NCBI RefSeq assembly: GCF_902652985.1 | Contig: NC_047016.1 | Coordinates: 15,562,001-15,626,000, forward strand | DNA from: Pecten maximus | Lineage: Eukaryota | Direction: 5' to 3' | Length of the DNA: 64,000 nt | Shown: positions 62,322 through 64,000 of the stretch, piece after piece | Numbering within the stretch: the stretch's first letter is position 1 | Layout: every line of letters begins with the position of its first letter | Notes under the pieces: generated by a model | Seen by the model: the letters and a program-made list of their open reading frames with translations, nothing else | Told to the model about the DNA's origin: nothing | The model's database searches: none | Made by a program: the position numbers and the translations under genes

Positions 62322-62924
62322 TGTTGGTGAAAATTAGTCATGCATGATTTTAATTGTATATCTTATGAAAAGTAAAAAAGAACTCTAAAATTATTTTCTT
62401 TGTTTCTTTATCTGCATAAAACATTCAATTTGTGACACAGGAACTCAGCACAAGTTCAAACACCCATGATTTATATATATATTATAATGTATAATATGGA
62501 CTGTGGGTTAACTGTTTTTGTGAAGTCCCTGTGCTCAATGACTAATGAATTTTAAAGATGCATGATTTTGAAAGAGTTTTGTTAAAATGTTAAAAATCTA
62601 GATGTACATGTATGTATACTGTACATGTAGAGCTATTTTAAATATGCTGTTTCTTGTTTGTGTTTTGAAATATTTCAATGTACGTGATGTATTATTAACT
62701 TATTGGTCACACTACCCGTAACAGAATCCGAAAATGTGATACACTTATGAAGTAGTGACTTTTCACTGATAAGTGTACTTACATATTCCAGTTTATTTAC
62801 AATAAACTATTAAACATATTCCAGTTTATTTACAATAAACTATTAAACAATGTCGGATCATGTGATTATACTGCTGACTCTCGAGAAAGAATTATAAACC
62901 TATGATCTGAGTACATGTACATAT

Positions 62925-64000
62925 TACGAGCCCCACAGTCCTGTATTACTAGTATGTCTGTACTTCTAGTACAGATTACAAACTCCACAGTCCATATGTC
63001 TGTATTACTAGTACATATGTCTGTATTACTAGTACATATTACAAACCCCACTGTCCATATGTCTGTATTACTAGTACATATTACGAACCCCACAGTCCAT
63101 ATGTCTGTATTACTAGTACATATTACAAACCCCACTGTCCATATGTCTGTATTACTAGTACATATTACCAACCCCACAATCCATATGTCTGTATTACTAG
63201 TACATATTACCAACCCCACAGTCCATATGTCTGTATTACTACCACATATTACGAACCCCAAAGTCCATATGTCTGTATTACTACCACATATTATGAACCC
63301 CACAGTCCATATGTCTGTATTACTAGTACATATTACAAACCCCACAGTCCATATGTCTGTATTACTAGTACATATTACAAACCCCACAATCCATATGTCT
63401 GTATTACTAGTACATATTACAAACCCCACAGTCCATATGCCTGTATTACTAGTACATATTACGAACCCCATAGTCCATATGTCTGTATTACTAGTACATA
63501 TTACAAACCCACAGTCCATATGTCTGTATTACTAGTACATATTACAAACCCCACAGTCCATATGTCTGTATTACTAGTACATATTACAAACCCCACAGTC
63601 CATATGTCTGTATTACTAGTACATATTACCAACCCCACAGTCCATATGTCTGTATTACTAGTACATATTACAAACCCCATAGTCCATATGTCTGTATTAC
63701 TAGTACATATTACGCACCCCACAGTCCATATGTCTGTATTACTAGTACATATTACAAACCCCACTGTCCATATGTCTATTACTAGTACATATTACCAACC
63801 CCATAGTCCATATGTCTGTATTACTAGTACATATTACCAACCCCACAGTCCATATGTCTGTATTACTAGTACATATTACCAACCCCATAGTCCATATGTC
63901 TGTATTACTAGTACATATTACGAACCCCACAGTCCATATGTCTGTATTACTAGTACATATTACCAACCCCACAGTCCATATGTCTGTATTACTAGTACAT
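62925..64000. repeat. 42-bp minisatellite running off right edge
   Basis: Unit CCATATGTCTGTATTACTAGTACATATTACAAACCCCACAGT. Confidence 0.95.

Overview
AT-rich, intron-rich animal genomic DNA. The repeat repertoire looks like a bivalve mollusc (inference). I could reconstruct five protein-coding genes by hand from splice sites. (1) The 5' part of WDR46/UTP7 (minus strand, runs off the left edge) lies head-to-head with (2) a complete CDC7 kinase gene (+, CDS 5058-16795). (3) An eyegone-class Pax gene has a degenerate PAI subdomain, an intact RED subdomain and an S50 homeodomain (+, 27581-42343). (4) TMEM203 (-, 45248-45655) lies head-to-head with (5) NDOR1 (+, 51230-62321), the same divergent pair as in human. 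Roughly a fifth of the window is tandem repeat. There are also nested hAT-like elements, Helentron/HINE-like elements, SINEs, LINE relics and a 28S rRNA fragment. The most striking pattern is that tandem arrays repeatedly arise from exon-intron junctions. The CDC7 catalytic-loop exon is bracketed by 13 near-identical 3' splice sites and 3 5' splice sites. One NDOR1 intron has 5 donors and 3 acceptors, one of which gives an in-frame +21 aa option. Degenerate donor-anchored arrays also follow exons of NDOR1 and WDR46. All exon coordinates are manual predictions with no transcript evidence.
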